Shown: positions 1 to 10,341 of the stretch, piece after piece
Layout of the letters: every line of letters begins with the position of its first letter
Position numbering within the stretch: the stretch's first letter is position 1
Origin: an uncultured Gemmatimonadaceae bacterium
GTDB lineage: Bacteria; Gemmatimonadota; Gemmatimonadetes; Gemmatimonadales; Gemmatimonadaceae
Assembly (NCBI GenBank): GCA_963790305.1
Contig: CAWBOC010000013.1
Span: forward strand, 128,001 to 192,000
Reading direction: 5' to 3'
Length of the DNA: 64,000 nt
Translations under genes and position numbers: made by a program
Notes under the pieces: model-generated
Database searches by the model: none
Seen by the model: the letters and a program-made list of their open reading frames with translations, nothing else
What the model was told of the DNA's origin: nothing

Positions 1-126
1 GCCATGGGCCGCGCGGGCGTGCCCGGAGCCGCGGTCGACAAGGACGCCTGGGCAAATGTGGGGCGGAACGACCCGTGCCCCTGTGGGTCGGGGAAGAAGT
101 ACAAGAAGTGCCACGGCGCGACGTAG
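1..126 (+). CDS. secA: 3' end of preprotein translocase SecA (SEC-C zinc-binding motif), partial
   Basis: Frame 1 reads ...[23 protein letters not shown], the SEC-C motif; stop TAG at 124-126. Other SEC-C proteins exist, so the symbol is likely rather than certain. Confidence 0.75.
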   Translation, partial: AMGRAGVPGAAVDKDAWANVGRNDPCPCGSGKKYKKCHGAT

Positions 127-219
127 TTCCCGCAAAGCGAAGGCGCCGGTCCGCCCGATCCGGATGATGGGCCCCGAAAGTGGAGACAAGACCTTACGGG
201 CTCAATTCCGGAGGCCTGC

Positions 220-924
220 ATGGCTGGCCAACCCGTCCCCAAATCATTAAGTATTCGAGAGCTACCTCGCTCGGAGCGACCGCGGGAGCGGCTCAAGGCG
301 CTAGGCGCACCCGCGCTTAGCTCCGCCGAGCTGCTCGCCATACTGGTGGGGAGCGGGTGTGGAGGGCGCTCCGCCCTGGCGGTCGGTCAGGAGATCCTCG
401 TTCGTGCCGACGGCTCGCTGCGACGTCTGGCGGCGCAGCCCATGGCGGCGCTCACCGCGTACTCCGGCGTGGGGTCCGTTCGTGCAATCACCATTCACGC
501 GGCACTGGAGCTGGGCCGCCGGATGGTCCTGGAGGCCCGCGAGGAAGGAGATCCCCTGCGGTCGCCCCGGGAGGTGTACGCGGCATTCGCGCCGCGGCTC
601 GAGGATCTCCCGGTCGAGGAGTTCCATGTGGCGATCCTCGATGCGCAACACCGGCTGGAGCGAGACGTTACTGTCACCCGAGGCATCCTCAACTCGTCGC
701 TCGTTCATCCGCGTGAGGTGTTTCGCGAGGCCATTGCCGAGCGAGCGGCGGCGGTCATCCTCGTACACAACCACCCGAGCGGCGACCCCACGCCCTCGGC
801 CGACGACAGGCTGGTCACGGAACAGCTCGTAGCGGCTGGACGGTTACTGGATATCCCCGTTCACGACCACGTGATCGTGGGCCGTGGACGATACGTAAGC
901 TTCGCGGAGGCTGGACTGCTGTAA
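220..924 (+). CDS. radC: RadC/JAB-domain protein
   Basis: N-terminal ERPRERL..G..ALS.AELLAIL; VHPREVF; JAMM motif HNHPSGDPTPSADD. Confidence 0.95.
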   Translation: MAGQPVPKSLSIRELPRSERPRERLKALGAPALSSAELLAILVGSGCGGRSALAVGQEILVRADGSLRRLAAQPMAALTAYSGVGSVRAITIHAALELGRRMVLEAREEGDPLRSPREVYAAFAPRLEDLPVEEFHVAILDAQHRLERDVTVTRGILNSSLVHPREVFREAIAERAAAVILVHNHPSGDPTPSADDRLVTEQLVAAGRLLDIPVHDHVIVGRGRYVSFAEAGLL

Positions 925-3101
925 TGGCAACGACGGCGCTGGGCACGGTCATCCCGGGGTGGGCAGTAGACGACGCGGCCGCCATGGAGCGGCTCGACGT
1001 CGATCTCCTCGCGCGCGCCTACCGGTTCTCGGACCGCGCGCACGCCGGCCAGAAGCGATCATCGGGCGAGGCGTACGTCTCCCACTGCGTCGAGGTCGCG
1101 AAGATCCTGGCCGAGCTGCATCTCGATTCGGTGACCGTGGCGAGCGGGCTCATCCACGATGTCATCGAGGACACGGGCGTCAGCGTCGAGGAGATCGACC
1201 GCGAGTTCGGCAGCGAGATCGCGGCCATCGTCGATGGCGTGACGAAGATCGGGAACATCACCTTCCGGTCGACGCAGGAGCGCCAGGTCGAGAATTATCG
1301 GAAGCTGCTGCTGTCGATCGCCAAGGACGCACGCGTCATCCTGATCAAGCTCGCCGATCGCCTGCACAACATGCGGACGCTGGATTACCTGCCCGAAGAG
1401 AAGCGGCGGCGCATCGCGCAGGAAACGATGGACCTCTACGCCCCGCTTGCGCACCGCTTCGGAATGGCGAAGCTGCGGTGGGAGCTCGAGGACCTCTCGT
1501 TCAAGCATCTGGAGACCGACGGATACAAGAGCCTCGCCAGGCTCGTCGCGGCAAAGCGCGCCGAACGCGAGGGCTTGATCGCGCAGATGCGAGACCCGAT
1601 CGAGCGTGTTCTGCGTGACGCCGGGCTCGTGCACGCCGAGGTGACCGGACGTCCCAAGCATCTCTGGTCGATCTTCAAGAAGATGAAGCAGCGCGAGAAG
1701 CCTTATGAGGAGATCTACGACCTCATGGCGATTCGCGTGCTGGTCAACACCGTTCCGGAGTGCTATCACGCGCTCGGGCTCATCCACGAGGGATGGACGC
1801 CGCTCCAGGAGCGCATCAAGGACTACATCGCACAGCCGAAGTCGAACGGATATCAGTCGCTGCACACGACGATCTTCGGACCGGGGAAGCAGCTCTTCGA
1901 GATCCAGATCCGCACGCGCGACATGCATCGCACCGCGGAGTTCGGCATCGCCGCACACTGGCTGTACAAGGAAACGGCGAAAACGCGTGACGAGCTCGAC
2001 GAGAAGCTCGGCTGGTTCCGCGAGATCCTGGCGATGCAGCTCGATGCGAAGACGCCTGACGAGTTCCTCGAGTTCCTCAAGCTCGACCTGTATCAGGACG
2101 AGATCTTCGTCTTCACTCCGACCGGCGACGTCATCCAGCTGCCGAAGGGCGCGACACCGATCGACTTCGCGTTCGCCGTGCACACCGAGGTCGGTCTGCG
2201 CTGCCAGGGCGCGAAGGTGAACGGCAAGATCGCGCCGCTCTCGCGCCAGCTTCGTAACTCGGATCAGGTCGAGATTCTCACGTCGTCATCGGCGCGGCCG
2301 AGCCGCGACTGGCTGGCGCACGTGCGCACGGGCCGCGCGCGGCACAAGATCCGCCAGTGGATTCGCAACGAGGAGCAAGCGACCTCAGCGAAGCTCGGCC
2401 GCGACATCCTGGATCGCGAGGTCAAGCGGCGCCGTCTCGAGCGACCGGACGACGACCAGCTCCTCGCCGTCGCCAAGCAGCTGTCGCTCTCCGACGTGCG
2501 ACACCTCATCGCCTCGATCGGCCAGGGCGACGTCCACGTCTCGCAGGTCTTCAAGCTCCTTTACCCCGAGGCAGACGAGACACCCGATCAACCGGTCAAG
2601 GCAGCGAGCGCGTTCGAGCGTCTCGTCGACCGGATGCGGGGCACGACGCGAGGGGTGCGGATTCAGGGTGTCGATGGCCTGATGATCCGTTACTCCCAAT
2701 GCTGCCAGCCGGTGCCCGGCGACCCGGTTGTCGGCTACGTCACGCGCGGGCGGGGCGTGAGCATCCATCGCGCCGACTGCCCGAACCTGCTGCTCCTGTC
2801 GGCGGAGCCCGAGCGTCGACTGGAGATCGACTGGCAGGAGATGGAGGGCGAGCTCTTCGTCGTGCGGCTGGGCATCGAGGCCACCGATCGCCGCGGGCTC
2901 TACGCCGATCTCGCCGGTGCCGTCACGGAGACGGGCACCAACATCAAGAGCCTGGAGATGCGAAGCGGGGACGGGGGCGTGTTCGGCTCGGTGCTGGTCG
3001 AGGTCGAGAACCTCTCCCACCTGCAGAAGATCGTGAAGGCGATCCGGCGGGTGAAGGGAGTGACGGACGTCGCGCGCAGGGAGAGGGTGACGGCGGAGTA
3101 G
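924..3101 (+). CDS. rel: Bifunctional (p)ppGpp synthetase/hydrolase (RelA/SpoT family)
   Basis: Intact HD hydrolase motif (LIHDVIEDT), IKLADRLHNMRTL, RxKD synthetase motif (RIKDYIA), NGYQSLHT, TGS and ACT domains; TAATG overlap with radC. Confidence 0.97.
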   Translation: MATTALGTVIPGWAVDDAAAMERLDVDLLARAYRFSDRAHAGQKRSSGEAYVSHCVEVAKILAELHLDSVTVASGLIHDVIEDTGVSVEEIDREFGSEIAAIVDGVTKIGNITFRSTQERQVENYRKLLLSIAKDARVILIKLADRLHNMRTLDYLPEEKRRRIAQETMDLYAPLAHRFGMAKLRWELEDLSFKHLETDGYKSLARLVAAKRAEREGLIAQMRDPIERVLRDAGLVHAEVTGRPKHLWSIFKKMKQREKPYEEIYDLMAIRVLVNTVPECYHALGLIHEGWTPLQERIKDYIAQPKSNGYQSLHTTIFGPGKQLFEIQIRTRDMHRTAEFGIAAHWLYKETAKTRDELDEKLGWFREILAMQLDAKTPDEFLEFLKLDLYQDEIFVFTPTGDVIQLPKGATPIDFAFAVHTEVGLRCQGAKVNGKIAPLSRQLRNSDQVEILTSSSARPSRDWLAHVRTGRARHKIRQWIRNEEQATSAKLGRDILDREVKRRRLERPDDDQLLAVAKQLSLSDVRHLIASIGQGDVHVSQVFKLLYPEADETPDQPVKAASAFERLVDRMRGTTRGVRIQGVDGLMIRYSQCCQPVPGDPVVGYVTRGRGVSIHRADCPNLLLLSAEPERRLEIDWQEMEGELFVVRLGIEATDRRGLYADLAGAVTETGTNIKSLEMRSGDGGVFGSVLVEVENLSHLQKIVKAIRRVKGVTDVARRERVTAE

Positions 3102-3106
3102 ATCAG

Positions 3107-3196
3107 AAGGCGCTGGAAAGGCGCTGGGGGCGCTGGAAAAGCGCTGTGGGATTTTCAGCGCTGGTCCCGCGCCCTCAGCGCTTCTCCAGCGCCTTT
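3107..3196. repeat. Intergenic palindrome with tandem GCGCTG-core arms
   Basis: Left arm has 4 x GCGCTG at 9-11 bp period; right arm has CAGCGC units (one degenerate). Confidence 0.85.
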
Positions 3197-3221
3197 CCTA
3201 CCCGAAGATAACCCGATACGC

Positions 3222-3227
3222 TATATT
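3222..3227 (+). promoter_or_regulatory. -10 element TATATT, 6 nt before the uvrB GTG (leaderless-type)
   Basis: TATATT-cactcc-GTG with no Shine-Dalgarno. Confidence 0.55.
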
Positions 3228-3233
3228 CACTCC

Positions 3234-5281
3234 GTGGCGACTTTCGACTTCCAGGCCCCTTTTGCCCCGGCCGGTGACCAGCCCCGAGCCATCGCGGAGC
3301 TGAACGCGGGGCTCGCGCGCGGGGACCGCTTCCAGACCCTGCTCGGGGTGACGGGATCGGGAAAGACGATGACGATCGCCAACGTCATCAAGGCCCACGG
3401 ACGCCCCACGCTCGTCCTCTCCCACAACAAGACCCTGGCGGCGCAGCTGTACGGCGAGCTGAAGGGCTTCTTTCCGCACAATGCGGTCGAGTACTTCATC
3501 TCGTACTACGACTACTACCAGCCCGAGGCGTACGTCCCGTCGACCGACACGTACATCGAGAAGGACGCATCGATCAACGAGGACATCGACCGGCTGCGGT
3601 TGCGCGCCACGTCGAGCCTCATGGAGCGCGAGGACGTCGTCATCGTCGCGACGGTGTCGGCGATCTACGGGTTGGGCGACCCGATCACGTATCGCGAAAC
3701 GTGGTGACGCTGGAACGGGGGCAGCACATCGCGCGCGACGACATCCTTCGCTCGCTGGTGCGCATTCTCTACAATCGGAACGACGTGAGCTTCGATCGCG
3801 GAACGTTTCGTGTCCGCGGCGATACCGTCGAGATCCTCCCCGCGTACGAGGAGCAGGGTGTTCGCATCGAGATGTGGGGCGACGAGATCGAGCGCATCTC
3901 GAAGATCAATGTGCTGACTGGGGAGACGATCGCGGTCCTCGACAAGGCGGCGATCTACCCGGCGAAGCACTTCGTGACAGCTCGGCCGACACTCGAGCGC
4001 GCCGTGGGCGCCATCCGGGCGGAGCTCACCGCACGTCTGTCGGAGCTGCGGGGGCAGGGCAAGCTGCTCGAGGCGCAGCGCCTCGAATCGCGTACGAACT
4101 TCGACATCGAGATGATGCTGGAGGTCGGGACGTGCGCGGGGATCGAGAACTACGCGCGACATCTGTCGCAGCGTCAGGTCGGCGAGCGCCCGGCCGTACT
4201 CTTCGACTACTTCCCCGAGGATTTTCTCGTCGTCGTCGACGAATCGCACGTCTCGCTGCCGCAAATCGGCGGCATGTTCAACGGGGACCGTGCGCGGAAG
4301 CTCACTCTCGTCGAGCATGGGTTCCGTCTTCCGAGCGCCCTCGACAACCGGCCGTTGATGTTCGACGAGTTCCTGACGCTGACGCCGCGCGCCATCTTCG
4401 TCTCGGCCACGCCCGCCGACCTGGAGCTGCAGCTGTCGGAGGGCGTCGTCGTCGAGCAGATCATTCGGCCAACCGGCCTCGTCGATCCGGAGATCGAGGT
4501 GCGTCCGGTCCGCGGGCAGGTGGACGATCTGCTGAACGAGATCCGGGTTCGCGAGCGGCGCGGCGAGCGCGTGCTCGTCACCACGCTGACGAAGCGGATG
4601 GCCGAGGATCTGACGGACTATCTGCAGCAGATGGGTGTTCGCGTGCGTTACATGCACTCCGACATCGACGCCATCGAACGAATGGAGATCATCCGCGGCC
4701 TCCGGTTGGGCGAGTTCGACGTGCTGGTCGGGATCAACCTGCTTCGTGAAGGGTTGGATCTTCCCGAGGTCTCGCTGGTGGCGATTCTGGATGCCGACCA
4801 GGAAGGATTTCTCCGCAGCGATCGCTCGCTCATTCAAACGGTGGGACGCGCGGCCCGACATGTGTCAGGGACGGCGATCTTCTATGCCGACCGCATGACG
4901 GGATCGATGCAGCGCTGCATCGAGGAGACGAAGCGCCGGCGCGAGATCCAGGTCGCGTTCAATCGGGAGCACGGAATTACACCGCGCACCGTTGCGAAGA
5001 GCGTGGATCAGGTGCGGTTCAGCACTCGTGTCGCCGACGCACGGACGCCGGAACGGGAGGACACGCGTCGCGTCGCGGAGCCGGCAGCCACCTACGCGAG
5101 CGAGATGGATGCCGAGGCGCTCATCGAGGTACTGGAAAAGGAAATGAAGGAGGCGGCCGCGAATCTCGATTTCGAGGCAGCCGCGCGGCTCCGCGATCAA
5201 GTTTTCGAGCTTCGCGCGCGACGCGACACGAGCAATCGCGGACGCCCCGGCGGCCTCGAGCGCATCAAGGCACGGCGCTGA
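3234..5281 (+). CDS. uvrB: Excinuclease ABC subunit B (frameshift near 3700, probably sequencing error)
   Basis: [37 protein letters not shown]-terminal UVR domain; ORFs 3234-3707 and 3701-5281 join if one A is added to an AAA run. Confidence 0.97.
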
Positions 5282-5341
5282 CCATGGAAAGCATCCTCGC
5301 CATCGAGTGCGACGCGCGCGCATTCTAGCGCGCTTACGACC

Positions 5342-5797
5342 GTGCAATACCACCATCACGTCATCCCGCCACTCGCCGCGTCTGGAAAAGTCGCCGTGAC
5401 GGAAGCCGAGCTTCGCTCATGGGGGGAGCAGCTTGGCCGGGCCATCACCGCGCCACTCGCGATCGCGATTTCCGGAGAGCTCGGAGCAGGGAAGACCACA
5501 CTTGCGCAATCCATCTGTCGGGGCGCCGGGGTTCGCGACTCCGTGACGTCCCCGACGTTCGCACTGGTGCAGCGATACGACGGGGCGCGCTTCCCCGTGT
5601 ACCATCTCGATCTCTACCGTCTTACTTCGGCGCGCGAGCTCGTCAACCTGGGATGGGACGACGTCCTGCGCGATGATGCCCTGGTGCTGATCGAGTGGCC
5701 GGAGCGAGCGGAGGGACACCTTCCGGCCCGCGCGCTGCATATCGAGATCGAGCACCACCCGACCGATACCGCCAAGCGGTTGTTGCTGGCGGGATGA
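5342..5797 (+). CDS. tsaE: tRNA threonylcarbamoyladenosine biosynthesis ATPase TsaE
   Basis: GELGAGKTT, SPTF, HLDLYRL, IEWPE. Confidence 0.95.
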   Translation: MQYHHHVIPPLAASGKVAVTEAELRSWGEQLGRAITAPLAIAISGELGAGKTTLAQSICRGAGVRDSVTSPTFALVQRYDGARFPVYHLDLYRLTSARELVNLGWDDVLRDDALVLIEWPERAEGHLPARALHIEIEHHPTDTAKRLLLAG

Positions 5798-6462
5798 GCG
5801 GCCTCGTCCTGGCGCTCGACGCTTCCACCTACGCTGCCAGCGTCGCACTCGTCGACGGGGGCACGGTAGTTCGAGAATGCACCGTGGCAATGCGAGATCC
5901 ACGGCATGAGCGGTTGATGCCCGCCGTTGCCGAGACGCTCGGCGAGCGCGGTATGGTCGACGTCGAGCGGATCGTCTGCGGCGCCGGTCCGGGAAGCTTC
6001 ACGAGCCTGCGCATCGCGGCGTCCATTGCGAAGGGCCTGGCGGCCGCATCCGCCACGCCCCTGTTCGCAGTATCCTCGCTCGCGCTCCTCATTGCCGGAG
6101 TGGAAGGCGGACCGCCGGACGGGCGATGGATCGCGCTGCTCGATGCCATGCGCGGGGAATCGTTCGCGCAGGCCTTCGAGGTGACATCGGGCGCCGAAAT
6201 CAGCGAGGCGTCGGAGGTGCGCGTAGTGCGAGATGACGAGGTCGCTGCATTTGCCCGGACAATGCACGCTCGTACGGCTGGCCGGGGTCGGGAGCTGGAC
6301 GCGGCGCCGCATGCCCGAGGAATTGTGCGATTGAGCCGGCATCGATCTCTTCAGTCGCCGGTCGACCTGGCGTCGTGGGAGCCCGAATACGGTCGGCTTG
6401 CGGAGGCACAGGTTCGCTGGGAGGCTGCGCACGGACGGGCGCTGGATGGACGATCATGGTAA
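5794..6462 (+). CDS. tsaB: tRNA threonylcarbamoyladenosine biosynthesis protein TsaB
   Basis: LALDAS, GPGSFTSLRI, DAMRGE, EPEYGR; ATGA overlap with tsaE. Confidence 0.93.
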   Translation: MSGLVLALDASTYAASVALVDGGTVVRECTVAMRDPRHERLMPAVAETLGERGMVDVERIVCGAGPGSFTSLRIAASIAKGLAAASATPLFAVSSLALLIAGVEGGPPDGRWIALLDAMRGESFAQAFEVTSGAEISEASEVRVVRDDEVAAFARTMHARTAGRGRELDAAPHARGIVRLSRHRSLQSPVDLASWEPEYGRLAEAQVRWEAAHGRALDGRSW

Positions 6463-6956
6463 CCGGGGGTGTGACGGTGAGCGCGCAACGAGTCCGCGAC
6501 GGTTCAACGGAAGGCTTGATCGCGATCGGGGCCGCCACGCGCGCCGACATTGACGCCGTGGCGCAGCTCGAGGTGCTCGCTTTTGCCGACCCGTGGATGC
6601 GCCAGGCGTTCGAGGCTGCCCTAAAGGAGCGGCATGCGCGGTTTCGCGTCGCACGCTCGCGCGATGGCGCCGTCGTGGGCTACCTGATCGCCTGGTTCGT
6701 GCTCGACGAAGGGGAGATCGCGAACCTCGCCGTCGTCCCGCTTGCCCGCCGCCGCGGGGTCGCACGCGCCCTCCTGGAGGCGATCATCGGGGAAGCGAGA
6801 GAATCGCGGATCGCGCGGTTATTCCTGGAGGTACGAGAATCGAACGCGGCAGCGCGCTCGCTGTACACATCGATGGGGTTCATGCCCATCGCGCGGCGGC
6901 CGCGGTACTACCGCAAACCGGTCGAAGACGCGATCGTGCTACGGCTGGAGCTGTGA
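6456..6956 (+). CDS. rimI: Ribosomal protein alanine N-acetyltransferase RimI
   Basis: GNAT motifs NLAV.P..RRRGVA, LEVRESN..A..LY, R..YY..P.EDA; follows tsaB; exact start uncertain. Confidence 0.9.
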   Translation: MVTGGVTVSAQRVRDGSTEGLIAIGAATRADIDAVAQLEVLAFADPWMRQAFEAALKERHARFRVARSRDGAVVGYLIAWFVLDEGEIANLAVVPLARRRGVARALLEAIIGEARESRIARLFLEVRESNAAARSLYTSMGFMPIARRPRYYRKPVEDAIVLRLEL

Positions 6957-7068
6957 CGAAAGGGAGAGTGCAACGGAATCGGGTGCTGCGCGACGTTTCG
7001 GTGCCGCGCGCTCCCGACCTGGTCGTTATCGTGAGCGACGAAACAACGGGCCATCGCCAGGAGGAATC

Positions 7069-7557
7069 GTGAGTCGAAGCCTGAACAAGGTGACGTTGAT
7101 CGGCAATCTCGGGGCAGATCCCGAGGTGCGCTCGACGTCGGGAGGTAACCGCGTGGCGACGTTCTCACTCGCCACCAGCCGTTCTTGGAACTCCGCGTCG
7201 GGAGAGAAGCAGGAGAAGACGGAGTGGCACCGCTGTGTGGTGTGGAACTCGAAGGCGTCGACGCTTGCCGACATCGTGGAGCGCTACCTCAAGAAGGGCG
7301 ACAAGGTCTACGTCGAGGGGCGGATCGAGTACCGGCAGTGGCAGGACAAGGAGGGGCAGACGCGGTACAGCACGGAGATCAACGTGCGCGAGCTGATCAT
7401 GTTGAGCGGGCGCAGTGGCGGCGCCGATGCAGACGGTGCCGAGGGGGCGAGTCGGCGCCCGGCGGCGGCTGCGAAGGGTGCGGCGGGGGCCTCCGGGGGG
7501 GACTTCGAGGACTTCCGCGGCGCGCTCGAGGAAGAGGACGACGATCTGCCGTTCTAG
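7069..7557 (+). CDS. ssb: Single-stranded DNA-binding protein
   Basis: SLNKVTLIGNLGADPE, TEWHR, C-terminal DDDLPF; RBS AGGAGG before GTG. Confidence 0.97.
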   Translation: MSRSLNKVTLIGNLGADPEVRSTSGGNRVATFSLATSRSWNSASGEKQEKTEWHRCVVWNSKASTLADIVERYLKKGDKVYVEGRIEYRQWQDKEGQTRYSTEINVRELIMLSGRSGGADADGAEGASRRPAAAAKGAAGASGGDFEDFRGALEEEDDDLPF

Positions 7558-7564
7558 CCTTTCC

Positions 7565-7629
7565 CGAATGCGGAATGCGGAAATACGGACAAACCATTAT
7601 CCGGTCCGCATTCCGCATTCCGGATTCCG
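7565..7629. repeat. Intergenic palindrome with GAATGCG heptamer arms
   Basis: gaatgcg-gaatgcg-gaaatacg-gac ... gtc-cgcattc-cgcattc-cggattc, just after the ssb stop. Confidence 0.85.
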
Positions 7630-7747
7630 TCGTGACCTCCCCGTGTCGTCCCGCGTCTCCACTGTGGACAGAATCACCGGGTTCGTGGGGCGAAGTGCCT
7701 GATCGCGCTACGAACGCCTTTTCTCTTGCCACTCTGGGGATCGTTCA

Positions 7748-8896
7748 ATGCCGCGTCTTGAACGCAGCGCGCCGGTGAAGCGGCGCCCAGCCCTTCACAC
7801 GCTTCGCCTAACGCGAGCGGCGCTCCTCGCGCTCGTGGTGCCCGCCATCGCCCTCGCACAAGAGGCGACGGAGCGGCGCACCCACGTGGTCAAGACAGGG
7901 GATACGCTGTGGGATCTGGCCGGAGCCTATCTCAGCGATCCCTTTCTGTGGCCGGAGATCTACCGCATCAACACCGACGTCGTCGAAGATCCGCACTGGA
8001 TCTATCCCGGCGAGGTACTCCAGATCCCGGGCCCGGGTGAGCTGACGGTCGCTGCCGACCAGCCCCTCCCCGTCGAGCAGGGCGTCGAGGATCAGCGCCC
8101 CGTGGGCCCCACGATCTTCGCACGCGCCCAGTCGGGGCCGAACTATGGCCAGCGGAAGCTGACGGGGAGCCGTCGGGTCGCGACTCCCGACGACGTGGAG
8201 CGCGCCGCGGTTCGTGAGGGAGAGTTCATCGCCGCGCCGTGGATGGATCGAAACGGCGGGCCGGAGCAGCATGGCCGCATCGTCGCGGTCGCGGAGCTCC
8301 CTGGAATCGCGCAGGCGTCATATCCAATACGCGTCTCGCCGCAGGATCGCATTTACGTCACACTCCCGCGCGACGTCGCTGCCGCCGTCGGCGAGCGCTA
8401 TCTGTCGTACGAGCTGGGTCCGTCAATGCCGCAGGGGCAAATCGTTGTGCCTACGGGAATTCTCATCGTCGAGAAGCCGGCCACCGACGAGGCCACGCTG
8501 GTTCGTGTCGAGCGCATGTTCGGCGAGGTCAAAATCGGCAACCGCTTTATCCCGCTCGAGCGCATCCAGCTTCCCACCGACGCTCGGCCCGCTCCAGTGG
8601 ACCTCGGGGTCCGCGGTCGTGTGATCTGGATCGCAAGCAAGGCGGTGCTGCCCTCGGTTCAGCATTACCTCCTCATCGACGCCAGCCGTAAAGACGGTGT
8701 CAGCCTGGGCGACCAGTTCACGCTCATGCAGGGACGCGAGGAGCTCGATCGTGGGGTAAGACTGCCGGAGCAGCCTGTCGCACTAGCGCAGGTCGTACGC
8801 GTGACTGAGCGCGGCGCCACGGTGATGATCGTCGATCAAGTGCAGCCCAAGGTCCGTGAGGGCATGGAAGCGCGCTTGACGGCAAAGATGCCCTAG
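7748..8896 (+). CDS. Secreted LysM peptidoglycan-binding protein, TsaP-like
   Basis: Signal peptide; LysM HVVKTGDTLWDLA..YL.DPFLWPEIY..N......PHWIYPG; beta-rich C-terminus resembling the type IV pilus secretin-associated protein TsaP. Confidence 0.8.
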   Translation: MPRLERSAPVKRRPALHTLRLTRAALLALVVPAIALAQEATERRTHVVKTGDTLWDLAGAYLSDPFLWPEIYRINTDVVEDPHWIYPGEVLQIPGPGELTVAADQPLPVEQGVEDQRPVGPTIFARAQSGPNYGQRKLTGSRRVATPDDVERAAVREGEFIAAPWMDRNGGPEQHGRIVAVAELPGIAQASYPIRVSPQDRIYVTLPRDVAAAVGERYLSYELGPSMPQGQIVVPTGILIVEKPATDEATLVRVERMFGEVKIGNRFIPLERIQLPTDARPAPVDLGVRGRVIWIASKAVLPSVQHYLLIDASRKDGVSLGDQFTLMQGREELDRGVRLPEQPVALAQVVRVTERGATVMIVDQVQPKVREGMEARLTAKMP

Positions 8897-8925
8897 CAGC
8901 AGCGATGATGTAGATTGGGCGACGC

Positions 8926-9733
8926 ATGATCGCGATCGCCCATTCTCTCGCCATCACACTGTACCTCGGCGCCGCGGCTCTCGCTGCAGCGCCGTTCGCG
9001 CGTCCGGTCCCGGCGCCCGTGCGCGGTGTCACGACGCTGCTGGGGCTTGGCGTCGTCTGCGCATGTCATCGCCCTCCTCGATTTCGTGCGAGCGCATGGA
9101 CAGGCGCCGGTGTCCGGGCTGGGACCCGCGCTGTCCTTGGCCGCGCTCCTGCTCGCCGTGATACTGCTCGGCGTCGAGCTAATCGCGCACGAGGTGAGCC
9201 TGTCCCTGGTCGCTGCGCCACTGTCGGCAGCGCTCGCCGCGGTCGCGAATGTTGCCGGCCTCTCCCCGGTGTCCATGGCGAGTGGCGTGCAAGGAGCGTG
9301 GCTCGCGGCGCACGTTGCGCTGAGCTTCCTCGGCATCGCGAGCTTTGCCACTGGCGCGGCCGCGGGGGTCATGTACATGGTGGAGCGACGAGAGCTGAAA
9401 GCGCGGCGCTTCGGCGCCATCTTTCGCTTCTTTCCTCCACTGGACACCCTCGATCGCGTGAACCATCTCGCCTGCCTCGCGGGCGGGGCAACGCTGACGC
9501 TTGGCGTCGCGGTGGCTGTCGCGTACTCGGTCGAGTTCCGCACGGTAAATCTGCCGCAGATCCTGTGGGGAATGGCCGCGTGGCTGGCGTTGATCGTGAT
9601 TGCGATAGGCCGCGCAATCGGCGGCTGGCAGGCGCGGCGGGCAGCGGTCGTGACGGCGACTTCATTCGCCGCGGTTGTGCTGCTCTATGTCGCGCTGCGG
9701 ATGACTGGCGCGGCGGACGGCGGGTTTCTGTGA
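8926..9733 (+). CDS. ccsA: Cytochrome c assembly protein, CcsA/HemX family (frameshift near 9058)
   Basis: Multiple TM helices, WLAAHV, YM..RRELK, PPLDTLDR; directly upstream of sirC-hemA. Confidence 0.8.
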
Positions 9734-10341
9734 GCGGCTACCCCGTGCTCCTCGAGGGCCGAGCGATCACCGCACTCGTCGTCGGCGGCGGAAGCGTCGC
9801 TTCGCGGAAGGTGCGAGCGTTGCTCGCCGCGGGAGCCCGCGTTCGCGTGGTCGCGCCCTCGATCACCGCTGAGCTTCAAACGCTCGGCGAGCGCGAAAAA
9901 CACCTGACGATCGAAAAGCGTCGCTTTCAGGACAAGGACGTGCGCGAGGTGACGCTCGTCGTCGCGGCGACCGATGAGCGAACGACCAACTCTCGCATTG
10001 CGCGCATCGCGCGAGAGCACCATCGGCTCGTCAGTGTTTCCGATTTTCCGACTGAGGGGAGCTTCAGCGGGATGGCGGCGCATTGCTCCGGCGACGTCGT
10101 GATCGGCGTCTCGGCGGGGGGAGTGCCGCGCGCGGCGGCTCGGATACGGGATGCCATCGCCGAGCGGTTCGACGGGCGATACGCCGCGGCGATCGACGCC
10201 CTGCGATCGATGCGTCGGCGACTGCTGGACACCGGCGGTGCCGCAAAGTGGGAGCAGGCGATGCGGACGCTCCTTGACGAGCGGTTCTGCGCGCGTGTCG
10301 AGGGCGGCGAGATCACGGCCGAGGTCGACGCATGGCATTGA
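9730..10341 (+). CDS. sirC: Precorrin-2 dehydrogenase/sirohydrochlorin ferrochelatase (SirC/CysG N-terminal)
   Basis: YPVLL, VVGGGSVASRK, VVAATD, GVSAGG.PR; GTGA overlap with ccsA. Confidence 0.88.
   Translation: MSGYPVLLEGRAITALVVGGGSVASRKVRALLAAGARVRVVAPSITAELQTLGEREKHLTIEKRRFQDKDVREVTLVVAATDERTTNSRIARIAREHHRLVSVSDFPTEGSFSGMAAHCSGDVVIGVSAGGVPRAAARIRDAIAERFDGRYAAAIDALRSMRRRLLDTGGAAKWEQAMRTLLDERFCARVEGGEITAEVDAWH

Noticed and set aside
127..219. c-di-GMP-I riboswitch-like words (CGCAAAG, CCGAAAG..GG.GAC) upstream of radC
   Set aside because: The elements are in the wrong order and the stems do not pair convincingly; an Rfam scan would settle it.
220..924. radC as a marker of a mobile element
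   Set aside because: Full-length chromosomal form embedded between secA and rel; no integrase or other mobile genes nearby.
3690..3710. Programmed frameshifting in uvrB, alaS, accC or ftsK
   Set aside because: No consistent slippery heptamer or stimulator, and the indels are too numerous and scattered.
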